Below are positions 9,504-19,625 of a DNA stretch of 64,000 bases, one piece after another. Under the pieces are notes generated by a model that saw only the letters and a list, made by a program, of their open reading frames with translations, was not told the origin of the DNA and did not search any database. The stretch lies in the NCBI GenBank assembly GCA_965205505.1, contig CBDBHB010000008.1:1257903-1321902 (forward strand), in the 5' to 3' direction. This stretch comes from Acidobacteriota bacterium. Its GTDB lineage: Bacteria > Acidobacteriota > UBA890 > WLXD01. Position numbers and translations under genes: made by a program. Numbering within the stretch: position 1 is the stretch's first letter; each line of letters starts with the position of its first letter.

Positions 9504-10993
9504 TCAGCTCCACCCCCCGTCGCCCGGACCTCGCCGATCGCTGCGCGAATGTCCTCCAGCGCCATACGCAGGCGATCCGCGTGAGCCCTGAGCGGCAACA
9601 CGCAAATACGAATCACGAAACGGGCATCGAGCCGCGTGCCGGTTAGATAGACGCGCTTGCGGGAGTTGATCCGCGCCATCAAGCGCTGGTTGAGCGCGTC
9701 GAGCTCTTGGTCGGACAGTCCCGGTACCTTCAAGCGCCAGGCAAGTATGGTCAGCTGGGGTTCGGCGACGATCTCGACGTCGTCGATCTCGCGCAGGCGA
9801 GCCGTTATCCAGTCCGTGAGCTCGAACTTCTCCTGCAGGGCGTCCCGATACGGCGCGATGCCGTGACGCTTCAACGGCAGCCATACCTTGAGACCACGAA
9901 ACTCGCGCGAGAGCTCCGGTGAGATCTCACAGAAATCGACAAGATCGGGTTCGGCTTGGAGCGGTGGCAAGTAGTCTGCGCTGGCTGAGTGCGCTCGCCG
10001 CAACGCTTCGCCGTCGCGCACCAGCAGGCTGCCGACGCCGTATGGCACGAACAAGCTCTTGTGCGGATCCAGCACTACCGAGTCGGCGCGGCCAAGGCCC
10101 TGCAGAACCTGCCTACCGCGCTCTGTAAGCGCAAAGAACCCGCCATACGAGGCATCGACGTGAAGCCAAAGGCGCTCCGCCTCGCACAGGTCCGCGACCT
10201 CGTCGAGCGGATCCACTGCGCCGGAGTTCGTGGTTCCCGCACTCGCCGCGACAAGAAACGGTGTGCGTCCGGCGTCGCGATCCGCGCGGACGGCGCGGCG
10301 CAGCGTGTCTGGACGCATTCGATAGCGTTCGTCGGTCGGCAGGGAGCGCACCGATTCGGCCGGAAAGCCCGCCAGCAAAGCCGCCTTGAGCACGCTGTGA
10401 TGTACCTGATCGGACGTGTAGATGACGCCGTTCAGGAAGTGCGCCGGCAGCCGCTCTCGGCGCGCCGTGACTAACGCGCTGAAGTTCGCCAACGAGCCGC
10501 CGCTGGTGAGAAACCCACCGGCCTCGGGCGGATAGCCGATGATCTGCGCGAACCACTCAACGACGTTGGCCTCGATCTTCGCCATCACCGGCCCGCCTGC
10601 GAAGACGCCCATGTAGCGGTTGACCGAGTCGTTGATGAACGAGGCGAGGGCCGACTCGAAGACGGCGTTGCCGTTGACATAGGCGAAGTAGCCCGGGGAC
10701 GCGGTGTTCAGCGATCGGGGGATCGCCTCATCGAACAGCAGGTCGAGCAGCTCGTCGAAAGGCGTGCCTTCCAGCGGGAGCGGTTCGTCGAGCGTACGAG
10801 CGAACTCGGTGGCGCCTTCTGTATTGGAGGCGGGCTGCTCGGCAAACGACATTACGTGCGGCACGACTCGCGCCACCGTAGCGTCGATGAGGGCCCGTAT
10901 CTCGGCCTCGTCGGGCTCGAGAGGCCAGGATTTTCCTGCCGCCGACGTTCGCGGGGCTGTACCTCGAATGTCGTCGTCGTGTGCTTCGGACAC
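9500..10993 (-). CDS. PLP-dependent group II decarboxylase (aromatic L-amino acid decarboxylase-like)
   Basis: GGSLAN, HHSV.KA, AGTTNSGAVD, WLHVDASYGG, DPHK. Confidence 0.88.
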   Translation of the reverse strand: MSEAHDDDIRGTAPRTSAAGKSWPLEPDEAEIRALIDATVARVVPHVMSFAEQPASNTEGATEFARTLDEPLPLEGTPFDELLDLLFDEAIPRSLNTASPGYFAYVNGNAVFESALASFINDSVNRYMGVFAGGPVMAKIEANVVEWFAQIIGYPPEAGGFLTSGGSLANFSALVTARRERLPAHFLNGVIYTSDQVHHSVLKAALLAGFPAESVRSLPTDERYRMRPDTLRRAVRADRDAGRTPFLVAASAGTTNSGAVDPLDEVADLCEAERLWLHVDASYGGFFALTERGRQVLQGLGRADSVVLDPHKSLFVPYGVGSLLVRDGEALRRAHSASADYLPPLQAEPDLVDFCEISPELSREFRGLKVWLPLKRHGIAPYRDALQEKFELTDWITARLREIDDVEIVAEPQLTILAWRLKVPGLSDQELDALNQRLMARINSRKRVYLTGTRLDARFVIRICVLPLRAHADRLRMALEDIRAAIGEVRATGGGAE

Positions 10994-11205
10994 CGCCGCT
11001 CCGTCTACAAAGCAACGGCCGCCGAACCGCCGGCGACCTCACTACGGACCCAAGATGATCGGATGCTACCACGGCGCTCGGTATCGGCCGGCGCGGTACC
11101 TGCTGAGCGTTCCCTGCGTAAGCAGGCGGGTGAAGTCGGCGGCGCTCGACAACCTCTCACTAGAGGACCCGGCAGGATGCGGGGCTTGGCGTCGCTTCCG
11201 CCCGA

Positions 11206-11721
11206 TCAGTTTTCCTCTATTGCCATCGGAGTGGGGGGACCATCGGCGTTGAACATGTCGGCATCGACCAGCCAGGCTCCGTCGGCATGTTTTCTCCAGA
11301 TCGTGATGTACTTGCCGTCGATCTGCACCAGCTCACCGTCCGGGCCTTCCAGCTGCATCTGGTATGTGCCTAGGGTGTAGCCGAGATCGCCGCTGCTTCC
11401 CACCTGTGCGAACGTCGGGGACCACCGGATCGAGAAGCCCGGGGTGGCCTCGAGCCCGGCAATGGCGGAACGGATCGCAGCCTTACCAATCGCCTGGGGC
11501 GCACCCGGCGGGAGGAGATACGCGCCGTCGGCAACCATATCCACAAACACGTCGGGCGGGCTGTCGCTCGTCGAGTAGGCCGCGGACCAGCCGCGGTCGG
11601 CCCTCATCAACGATTCTCGCTCCGCCTCCAGGTCCAGTTCAGGTGCCGGTACCAAACCTGGGGCAGCGCAACCCCACGCCAACATCAAGAGGTCCGAGGT
11701 CATGGAAAAAAGCAGCCGCAT
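11206..11721 (-). CDS. DUF4440/SnoaL-like NTF2-fold lipoprotein
   Basis: SGDLGYT.G.Y...GKYITIWRK..DG.W...DMFN; N-terminal lipobox-like AWGC. Confidence 0.8.
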   Translation of the reverse strand: MRLLFSMTSDLLMLAWGCAAPGLVPAPELDLEAERESLMRADRGWSAAYSTSDSPPDVFVDMVADGAYLLPPGAPQAIGKAAIRSAIAGLEATPGFSIRWSPTFAQVGSSGDLGYTLGTYQMQLEGPDGELVQIDGKYITIWRKHADGAWLVDADMFNADGPPTPMAIEEN

Positions 11722-11903
11722 GAAACACCTTCCCCGGGGGGGGGGGGCTCCGGATTCGTGCCGTAAAGCCTGCACCTCGCAAGTTTCTATTGTGAGTACG
11801 TTTCGGGTTGTGCCGTGCCAATCGTCACTTGTCACGAGGTTGATTCTCCGCGGCGGGGGCTGTTGGGCTGGGCCCCGGGGCACTTCTCCTACCGTTCGAG
11901 CCC

Positions 11904-12332
11904 ATGCCTGAGCGCAGATTCTTCGTCGATCCTCGTAGCCCGTATGGCGGCCCTGCCACGTTCGAGGTCGAGGATGACGGCGAGGTCGTCTGGCGCCTGT
12001 TCGAGTGCAACAGAGTCTTTCTGGCAGAGCATCCCGAGGCCGCGCCTGCCGAAGTGGGCGAGGCCCCGCCAGGCACCACACTCTGCGATGCGAGCACCAT
12101 CGACGGTAACGGCATCCGGATCAGATGCGCTTCAGACTGGCTGGACCAAGACCGGCCCCGGCCATCCTTGCCAACGCTTCGAGCCGGTCAGCAGGTTGTG
12201 CTGCTCTTGGACCGACAGCAGATCAACCGAGTTGATTTTGTGGTCCGCGAGGCCAACGCGAAGACCGTGTTGCTCCGCCCCATCAATCTCGAAAATGGGG
12301 AACCGGCGGAGGTAGAGAACCGGGTGGAGTAG
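11904..12332 (+). CDS. Hypothetical protein
   Basis: 142-aa ORF with protein-like composition filling the gap; no family recognised. Confidence 0.55.
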   Translation: MPERRFFVDPRSPYGGPATFEVEDDGEVVWRLFECNRVFLAEHPEAAPAEVGEAPPGTTLCDASTIDGNGIRIRCASDWLDQDRPRPSLPTLRAGQQVVLLLDRQQINRVDFVVREANAKTVLLRPINLENGEPAEVENRVE

Positions 12333-12505
12333 CCGGGCCGGCGGCGGGGTCAAACCGGAGGGCGATTGCTCACGCCGCCACCCCCGAAGTCGAGATGCGG
12401 ATGCCATCGAGGTGGACGATCTGCGTGTCGAGCGTAGGCGTCATGCACCGGCGGGTAGCACCTACACCACCTCCGCGTGGAGCCACGCTGGGTCTGGTGG
12501 GTAGC

Positions 12506-13744
12506 TCAGGGCTGAGCGAGAAACGGATCCGATTCGTCTGGGCACTCTGGTGCCATCACGACGAGCTGCGGCCTGAGCGTGTGAAGCACCTCGACGGTCG
12601 GGCCTTGGGCTTCGAGAACATCGGGCAGCCGTCGGTAGGCAAGCGGCGATTCGTCAAGGTCACCGCCGAACACGAACACGTCGCGCTCTCGGATCCACGC
12701 CTTCACCTCATCGAGGTCGATGGCCGGCGACCGCATCTGCTTACCACGCCGATTTCGACCCGTGGCCGCTCCCCGCGACATCACGCGCCCGGCGCCGTGA
12801 ACCGTCGAGAACATCGCAGCTTCCATCTCTCGATAAACGGTGTCGTCCTCCTGACCGGCAGCGCTCCCCTTCAGGATCACGGCGTCATCCCCCATGCTGC
12901 CGCCGACGAACCCTCGCTGACCTGGGTAGGCGGGCGTCGCACCCTTGCGGACCACCACTAGCTCCCCCTCCTCCTCGATTTGAGTTTCCCGCCAAGCGAA
13001 GTTGTGGTTGTTATGGACCACGTCCAGAACCTCGGCGCTGAGCATCTTCGCCACGGCCCGACAGACCCACTCCCGACCGGCGTGTGCATACTCGCCCGCG
13101 AGCTGCATCAGATCCCAATAATCTTGACCCGCTCGCGTGTCGAGCGACAGAAGCGCCGTACCTTCTTCGCCACGTTCGCCCCAGCCTTTGCCGTCAGCAA
13201 GCGCCAAGCCGGCCATCGCGATGTGGTAACCGAAGCCACGCGACCCGAAGTGGACCCCGACCCAGACATCCCCGTCCTCGTCCACGAACAGGTCCACGTA
13301 GTGATTGCCTGAGCCGACCGTGCCGAGCTGTCGACGCGCCCGGGCTCGCAGCTCTTCGCGGGTCCAGGTGCGCTTCCGCGTCTTGACCTTCTCGGGGACG
13401 ATGTCCCAGCGGTCGTCGGAGAAGATCGGGTGATCGACAGGCGCGTCGGGATGATCGTTTCGCCCGCCCACACCGAAGCAAATCGTTCGGTTGATCTCCT
13501 CTCCCAAGTTGAACAACCCCTGTCGGATCGGCAGGTCGACGTCGAGCCTCATAGCGCAGTTGCCGCACGCGATGTCGTAGCCGACCCCCGCCGGACTCAC
13601 CTGATTGCGGAACGCAGCGACCCCTCCCACCGGCATGCCATAGCCCAAGTGGCCGTCCGCCATGATGGCGGTGCGCTCGGCGATTGCATTGAACGTCTCG
13701 AGTTGACCCAGAGTGGCCTTCTCGTGCTCTCCGAATATCTTCAT
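12506..13744 (-). CDS. rtcB: RtcB family RNA ligase
   Basis: DGH.GYG.PVG, GYDIACG, GSGNHY, HFGSRG, HNNHN, VRKGAT, HGAGR, DESP.AY. Confidence 0.92.
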   Translation of the reverse strand: MKIFGEHEKATLGQLETFNAIAERTAIMADGHLGYGMPVGGVAAFRNQVSPAGVGYDIACGNCAMRLDVDLPIRQGLFNLGEEINRTICFGVGGRNDHPDAPVDHPIFSDDRWDIVPEKVKTRKRTWTREELRARARRQLGTVGSGNHYVDLFVDEDGDVWVGVHFGSRGFGYHIAMAGLALADGKGWGERGEEGTALLSLDTRAGQDYWDLMQLAGEYAHAGREWVCRAVAKMLSAEVLDVVHNNHNFAWRETQIEEEGELVVVRKGATPAYPGQRGFVGGSMGDDAVILKGSAAGQEDDTVYREMEAAMFSTVHGAGRVMSRGAATGRNRRGKQMRSPAIDLDEVKAWIRERDVFVFGGDLDESPLAYRRLPDVLEAQGPTVEVLHTLRPQLVVMAPECPDESDPFLAQP

Positions 13745-13939
13745 CGCTCCACCCTATCGTTCAAGAACCCTCCCCATCGGGCCACGTTGGGTTCTGTCGT
13801 GCTGCGGGCTCCGGTGAAGACAGCGCCCTGGCCTGAACCCCGAAATCGGCGAATACCAAACAAATACCAACTTCGGTGGTTTTAGGGGTGTTTTGATACC
13901 CTTGGAATCCCCCAAACGACGCTGGATTCATTGGATCGT

Positions 13940-14638
13940 ATGTGCGGACGCTTCACGCTTCGGACCCCGGCCAACATCGTCAAGGACGTGTTCGGCCTCG
14001 AGCCATTGCCTGGACTCCGACCACGCTACAACATCGCACCGACGCAGCCGATTGCCGTCGTTCGTGCGGAGGGCGCGAAGCGCCGTTTGCATATGCTGCG
14101 GTGGGGCCTCGTCCCGTGGTGGGCCAAGGACATCTCCATCGGTAACCGCTTGATCAACGCCCGCGCCGAGACCATTGCCACCAAGCCCGCATATCGTGAG
14201 CCGTTCGAGCAACGACGCTGCCTGATTCCCGCCGATGGATTCTACGAGTGGCAGCGCCTCGGCAATGGCCGCAAGCAGCCCTTCCACGTCGATCTTTCCA
14301 CCGGGGACCCTTTCGGATTCGCCGGTGTCTGGGATCGTTGGCGCGATCCGGCCAGCGGTGCTGTCACCGAGTCGTGTGCTCTCATCACCATCGAGGCGAA
14401 CTCGGTGGTGGCGCCAATCCATCACCGTATGCCAGTAATGCTGACGCCAGCGAGCTTTGCCGCTTGGCTCGAGCGCGATGCGGAACCGGAGAGATTGCAA
14501 GAGCTGCTGTGCCCGATCGCCGGAGAGCGGGTGCGCGTCACGCCAGTGAGCGTCTTGGTCAACCGTCCCGACAACGACGACCCGCGCTGCCTCGACCCGG
14601 TCGTTGCACCGTCGCCGCAGCCCACCTTGTTTGGCTGA
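13940..14638 (+). CDS. SOS response-associated peptidase (SRAP/YedK/HMCES)
   Basis: MCGRF N-terminus, RYNIAPTQ, INARAET, GFYEW, IHHRMP. Confidence 0.93.
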   Translation: MCGRFTLRTPANIVKDVFGLEPLPGLRPRYNIAPTQPIAVVRAEGAKRRLHMLRWGLVPWWAKDISIGNRLINARAETIATKPAYREPFEQRRCLIPADGFYEWQRLGNGRKQPFHVDLSTGDPFGFAGVWDRWRDPASGAVTESCALITIEANSVVAPIHHRMPVMLTPASFAAWLERDAEPERLQELLCPIAGERVRVTPVSVLVNRPDNDDPRCLDPVVAPSPQPTLFG

Positions 14639-14776
14639 GCGTACACGCGGCGCGACATCAAGAACGCGGCTGGCCTCACCCGACCACCGTACTCTCCGTG
14701 AGAGCAGTTCGGGATTGTCCCACCGGCTGGAACCCCCCTATCCTGCGGGCTGTCTCACCTGTTCCCGGAGTCATCA

Positions 14777-15778
14777 ATGGCCGCAGCGCGCCCGAGCATC
14801 TACACCACCTGCCCCGAGTTCAACCGCGACCGGCCGCGGTCAATCGTCGAGCGCGTCATCGAGACCGCCGAATGGTGTGAGGATCACGGCCATGCCGGGA
14901 TGTTGATCCGCTCGAACAATCGCCTCGTAGACCCCTGGACGATCGCCCAACTTCTGCTCCACGAGACCGAATCCCTGCGACCGGTGGTCACCGTCCAGCC
15001 GCTGTACATGCATCCCTACATGGTGGCCAAAAAGGTGGCCACGCTAGCCAGAGTGTACGGCCGCAGCGCGGATCTGTATCTGGTGGCGGACGGCTCGACG
15101 GCCGATCTCCTGGCGTTGGATGACCGAGTGACACACGACCACCGATATCGCCGCTTGACCGAGTACGCCGAAGTGATCACCGCCCTGCTCACCGCGCAAC
15201 GCCCCGTTACCCACGTTGGCGAATGCTATCGAGTCTACAAACCCGCGACGCTGGCTCCCCTGGCCGACGAGCAAAGGCCTCGCTTCTTCATAGCGGCGAG
15301 CAGGGGCGCGGGGCGACTGGCCGCGCAGGAGCTCGGAGCACGGTCGGTGTCGTCATTGGGTCTCGGCGACGGCGACGACTGCCTCTTGTTGGGACTGGTG
15401 GTTCGCGCCAGTAGTGAAGAAGCTTGGGAAGTAGCCCGAGCGCGCTTCCCCACCGATGCGGCGGGCCGGTTGGCGCACGGCTTGGACATGGCGTGGAGCG
15501 ACTCGATCTGGAACGAGCGCCTACGCGGACTGGCCGACTCGAACAGAATCGACAGCGAGGGATTGTGGCTCGGGCCGTTCCAGAATCGCCAGGCGCACAG
15601 CCCCTATCTCGTCGGCGATACCCGAACCGCGGCGCGTAGGCTACAAAAGGCCCTCGACGCCGGAGCCCGGACCTTCTTCCTCGAACCGCCACATTGTCGC
15701 GCCGATGTCGAGCAGGCCAGCGAGGCGTTCGAGCGCGCCTGGACGCGCTTTCAGTCACCGCTCACACTGACTGCCTGA
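14777..15778 (+). CDS. LLM-class flavin-dependent oxidoreductase
   Basis: DPW..AQ.....T..L.P.V.VQP..MHP..VAK..ATL pattern of luciferase-like monooxygenases. Confidence 0.75.
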   Translation: MAAARPSIYTTCPEFNRDRPRSIVERVIETAEWCEDHGHAGMLIRSNNRLVDPWTIAQLLLHETESLRPVVTVQPLYMHPYMVAKKVATLARVYGRSADLYLVADGSTADLLALDDRVTHDHRYRRLTEYAEVITALLTAQRPVTHVGECYRVYKPATLAPLADEQRPRFFIAASRGAGRLAAQELGARSVSSLGLGDGDDCLLLGLVVRASSEEAWEVARARFPTDAAGRLAHGLDMAWSDSIWNERLRGLADSNRIDSEGLWLGPFQNRQAHSPYLVGDTRTAARRLQKALDAGARTFFLEPPHCRADVEQASEAFERAWTRFQSPLTLTA

Positions 15779-15799
15779 GCGACGCTGCGACCCGCTACG

Positions 15800-16243
15800 T
15801 CAGACGCGCGCCTCGATAGCGCCAGTGAGCCGGCTGAGCCCTTGCTTGGTAAGCATACGCGCGGTCATGTCGAGCAGGCGCTGCCCGAGTCCGGCGAGGC
15901 GGCCGCCGACCTGGATGTCGAGCTCATACTCGAGCACGGTGTGTTCACCGTCGTCGTGCAGCCGGATGACCCCACCGCCCTCGATGAACCCAGGACCACC
16001 GCGTCCTTCCAAGCGCATCGAGCACGACTCCGGGGGACACAGGTCGTCGAGCTTCACACGACCTTCGAAGCTGCCCTGAACAGGGCCGACGCCGAGCGCC
16101 AACGCACCGGCGAACTCGTTCTCCCCCACCCGCTCGAGACGACGAAAGCCTGGCAACGTGTCGGCGAGAACTTCCGGGTCCAGTAGTGATTCCCACACGA
16201 TCTGCCGTGGGGCCGCTATTTTCTGTTTGCCCGACACCTTCAT
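15800..16243 (-). CDS. coxG: CoxG / SRPBCC accessory protein
   Basis: APRQIVW..LLDPEVL...LPG...VGG.LA.LGQRL. Confidence 0.85.
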   Translation of the reverse strand: MKVSGKQKIAAPRQIVWESLLDPEVLADTLPGFRRLERVGENEFAGALALGVGPVQGSFEGRVKLDDLCPPESCSMRLEGRGGPGFIEGGGVIRLHDDGEHTVLEYELDIQVGGRLAGLGQRLLDMTARMLTKQGLSRLTGAIEARV

Positions 16244-16305
16244 GACACCTCCATTCTACGTCCCCCGCAGTTCGGGTAGACTGCGCCGGGCGAGGAAGGA
16301 ACCCG

Positions 16306-17628
16306 ATGGCCGAGCTGGTGTACAGCATCGATGAGCAGCCGCACCATTGGTGGGAGACGCTACTCTACGGCTGGCAGCATACTCTCGTCGACATCTCCCC
16401 ATTCGTTCTTCCGCTGGCGGTGGCCACAGCCATCGGGCTGGATGATGGTGCGCGGGCCGCGCTGATCAACTACTCGCTCATCGCCATGGGGTTGGCGACG
16501 CTGATTCAAACCACTGTTGGCAACCGACTGCCGATTATTCAGGGACCGTCGGCCACACTCACCGGCACGCTCGCCCCGGTAGGCGCCCAGCTCGGACCGG
16601 CGGCGATGTGGGGCGCAGCGTTCGTCGGCGCGGCGGTCGAGGCGCTCATCGGCAGTACCGGGGCGCTCGGCGCGCTGCGACGTTTCTTCCCGCCCGTAGT
16701 CTCGGGCGTCGTCGTTGTGACCATCGGGTTGTCGCTAGGACAACTCGCGGTGCGGCTGAGCGTTGGCGACGGCAGCGCCAGCAACCTCGGGCTCGCGGTG
16801 GCGACCATCCTGCTTGTGGTGGTGCTGCAGGTGGCTGGCCGTCGTGTCGCCGGGGGTCTGCTGTCGCGCGCCGCCATATTCGTGGCGATCTGGGTCGTGG
16901 GGCTCGGCGGAGGCAGCCTGTTGAACCGCGTCGACTGGAATCTGGTGGCCACGAAGCCCTGGTTTCAAGCACCCCAAGCGTTTCCATTCGGCGGGCCGGG
17001 ATTCGGATGGGAGTTTGGCGCCGCAGCGATCGTCGCGGTACTGGCCGGCTACTTCGGATCCATGGTGGAATCGATCGGCGACTATATCGCTACTTGCTCG
17101 GTAATCGACGAGCCGTTTACCAAGCGTCACGTCGACCGCGGCATCGCCGCCGAGGGAGTGGGGTGCCTGCTGGCGCTATCGGTGGGCGGGTTGCCGTGCA
17201 CCAGCTATACCCAGAACATCGGCATCATCAAAGTCACCGGTGTCGGCAGCCGGGTCGTCGTTCGTGTAGCTGCGGTAATTCTGCTGCTGTATGGACTGTG
17301 CCCGAAGTTCGGCGCCCTGCTGGTGGCGCTGCCGCGACCGGTGCTCGGTGGCGTATTCGTGATCGTTTGCGGCCTAATCGCGACCACCGGCATCGCCATG
17401 CTGGCGAGCGCGCGCCAGCACGATGGCGCAATGTTGATCGCCGGCATCACGCTGGTGGTGGCGTTGGGACTGCCAACCTATGCCCAGTCGGTGCTCGGCC
17501 CCGCCTGGCTCGAGTCGCTGCCGCAGCTGGCCGGGCTCCTGGTGACCAACCCGGTTGTGCTGTCGGTGCTGCTGGCGGTAACCCTCAACAGCGCCTTGCG
17601 CGGAAACCCGAACGCTCCCGAAGCGTGA
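16306..17628 (+). CDS. NCS2 uracil/xanthine permease
   Basis: QH, GNRLPIIQGPS, ESIGD, SYTQNIG...TGV.SR signature. Confidence 0.88.
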   Translation: MAELVYSIDEQPHHWWETLLYGWQHTLVDISPFVLPLAVATAIGLDDGARAALINYSLIAMGLATLIQTTVGNRLPIIQGPSATLTGTLAPVGAQLGPAAMWGAAFVGAAVEALIGSTGALGALRRFFPPVVSGVVVVTIGLSLGQLAVRLSVGDGSASNLGLAVATILLVVVLQVAGRRVAGGLLSRAAIFVAIWVVGLGGGSLLNRVDWNLVATKPWFQAPQAFPFGGPGFGWEFGAAAIVAVLAGYFGSMVESIGDYIATCSVIDEPFTKRHVDRGIAAEGVGCLLALSVGGLPCTSYTQNIGIIKVTGVGSRVVVRVAAVILLLYGLCPKFGALLVALPRPVLGGVFVIVCGLIATTGIAMLASARQHDGAMLIAGITLVVALGLPTYAQSVLGPAWLESLPQLAGLLVTNPVVLSVLLAVTLNSALRGNPNAPEA

Positions 17629-17639
17629 CCACAAGCACA

Positions 17640-18158
17640 CTAGGGAATCCGTAGATCGACGGCGCTACAGCTGACCGCGTAGCCGAGGGCGCGCTTGGTT
17701 GTCGGAAAGACGCGCGCCGCAGCGATTCCCATTGCGAGCTCGACCAAGCCGGGTTCTCCGTACCGCTCGCGCAATCGCTCGCGATGTGGACCCTCGGCTC
17801 CACTACCAGCGACGACCGCTGTGGCAAAGGCATAGGCGTCGCCCCCGCCATCGGGCAGGTCACCAGGGCGTCCCTCGAGAACCGCCCGAACCGTATCGGC
17901 CGACACTCCGTTCTGAAGCGCCAGGTTCACTTCGATCTGGACGCAGCTACCACAGTCTTCGGTCTGCGCTGCGACCAGCCGCGCCACCCAATAGGGCATG
18001 GCTGGAAGTTGCTTGCGATGCTCGGCCATCGGCATGAACAACCCGAACTTGAGCGCCGCCGGTATCGATGCGCGAATCATGTGGCGAACGTACTCGAGCG
18101 ATTCCCCGAGCTTGCGCTCCTGGCGGTCCACGCTGCGCAACATGAGCCGACGGATCAT
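17640..18158 (-). CDS. AhpD/carboxymuconolactone decarboxylase-like protein
   Basis: EDCGSCVQ CxxC; ATGA overlap with the amidase stop. Confidence 0.7.
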   Translation of the reverse strand: MIRRLMLRSVDRQERKLGESLEYVRHMIRASIPAALKFGLFMPMAEHRKQLPAMPYWVARLVAAQTEDCGSCVQIEVNLALQNGVSADTVRAVLEGRPGDLPDGGGDAYAFATAVVAGSGAEGPHRERLRERYGEPGLVELAMGIAAARVFPTTKRALGYAVSCSAVDLRIP

Positions 18159-19567
18159 GGTTCGAGCAGTGCGGGAACCCCGATCGGCCGCAGCGCTTGT
18201 ACCGCGGCCGCTGCCGACAGGGCGTGGCCCTCGCCTCCCGGACCAGCGACAATCTGCAACCCCACCGGTAAACCGCTGGCGTCGAGGCCTGCCGGAACCG
18301 ACGCCACGGGCAATCCCGCCAGGCTCAGCAGGAATGTCGGGGCGAGCCAGTCGATGTAGGTCTCCATCGGCTTGCCGGCAATGGTCTCCGGGTAGTTCTG
18401 CTCGACCGCGAAGGGGGATATTGCCATCGTTGGGGTGAGCAGGTGATCGAAGTGACGAAACAGTTGACGGAACTGCTCCCACACGCGCCCACGGACCTGC
18501 TCTGCGGACGCGAAGTCCATCACCGCGGTCGCCAGGCCGGCCTCGACGTTGTTGCGTAGGTTGTCGCCGAACTCGGCGCGGCGCTCGAGACGGGCATACT
18601 GTTGCGCCACCATCCAGTAGCCGCGTAGCGCCAAGAACGCCGGACGTGCGTACGAGAGATCGAGATCGATCTCTTCAACGGTTGCTCCGGCGGCGGCCAG
18701 GGCATCGATCGCTCCGCGGCACACACGGTCTACCTCGGGGTCGATGCCGATCGAGGCAACATCGCCGCAGTATGCCAGCCGCATCCCCTTCACCGGGCGG
18801 CTCTGGACCAGTTCCACGAAGTCGCGATAGTCGATCGACTCGCCGATGGGCACGAACGGGCTCGGCCCCGCCACTGCCTGCAATGCCATTGCCAGGTCCT
18901 CGGCAGTGCGCGCCATGAGACCGGTGACTTGCAGCGTGTCCCAGGGATAGTCGGATGGCCATGTCGGCACCAAACCGGGGGTTGGTCGGATGCCGACAAC
19001 GCCACAAAACGACGCCGGAATGCGCAGCGAGCCGCCCAGATCGGTCCCCTCGGCCATATCGATCATGCCGGTCGCCAGCGCTGCTGCCCCACCCCCGGTC
19101 GATCCGCCGGCCGACAGTTCCGGATTCCACGGATTACGGGTAGCACCAAACACCTCGTTGAACGTATTGCCGCCGGTAGCGAACTCCGGCGTGTTGGTCT
19201 TGCCGAGGACGATGGCACCGGCGTCGCGAAGCCGCTGCACGACGACCGCATCGACCTCGGCGATATTGTCGGCGTAGAGCGGGCTGCCGTAAGTATGGCG
19301 TAGGCCGCGTACGGGGGTAACATCTTTGATCCCCACCGGCAAGCCGCAGAGCGGGCCGGCCTCCTCCCCGCTGGCCAGCCGTGCCTCGAGGTCGCGGGCC
19401 TGATCCATTGCGGTATCCGACAGGGTCACCAGAGCGTTGAGGGCCGGACTCAACGCCTCGACACGGCGCAACGCGGTCTCGATCACCTCTACCGGAGATT
19501 GCTCGCCGGCGGCGATCCGTCGAACGGTCTCACACGCACTCGGTAGCGAGGGTCCGTCCGAGCTCAT
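18155..19567 (-). CDS. Amidase signature family enzyme
   Basis: GIKD, GKTNTPEF, GGSTGG, GTDLGGSLRIPASFCG. Confidence 0.92.
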   Translation of the reverse strand: MSSDGPSLPSACETVRRIAAGEQSPVEVIETALRRVEALSPALNALVTLSDTAMDQARDLEARLASGEEAGPLCGLPVGIKDVTPVRGLRHTYGSPLYADNIAEVDAVVVQRLRDAGAIVLGKTNTPEFATGGNTFNEVFGATRNPWNPELSAGGSTGGGAAALATGMIDMAEGTDLGGSLRIPASFCGVVGIRPTPGLVPTWPSDYPWDTLQVTGLMARTAEDLAMALQAVAGPSPFVPIGESIDYRDFVELVQSRPVKGMRLAYCGDVASIGIDPEVDRVCRGAIDALAAAGATVEEIDLDLSYARPAFLALRGYWMVAQQYARLERRAEFGDNLRNNVEAGLATAVMDFASAEQVRGRVWEQFRQLFRHFDHLLTPTMAISPFAVEQNYPETIAGKPMETYIDWLAPTFLLSLAGLPVASVPAGLDASGLPVGLQIVAGPGGEGHALSAAAAVQALRPIGVPALLEP

Positions 19568-19597
19568 GCCGATCCTCTCCCGTGCTGGTGTCTGCTC

Positions 19598-19625
19598 CTA
19601 GCAGCGTGCTGAAGCACCCTGCTAG
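19598..19625. repeat. Collapsed CTAG-flanked MITE footprint
   Basis: CTAG-CAGCGTGCT-GA-AGCACCCTG-CTAG; the same right end (gaagcaccctgctag) recurs at 42817-42831; it contains the cyclase stop. Confidence 0.6.

Noticed and set aside
12395-12480. tRNA- or Y-RNA-like gene next to rtcB (reverse strand begins GCGGAGGTGGTGTAG)
   Set aside because: No T-loop, anticodon arm or matching acceptor stem could be built.
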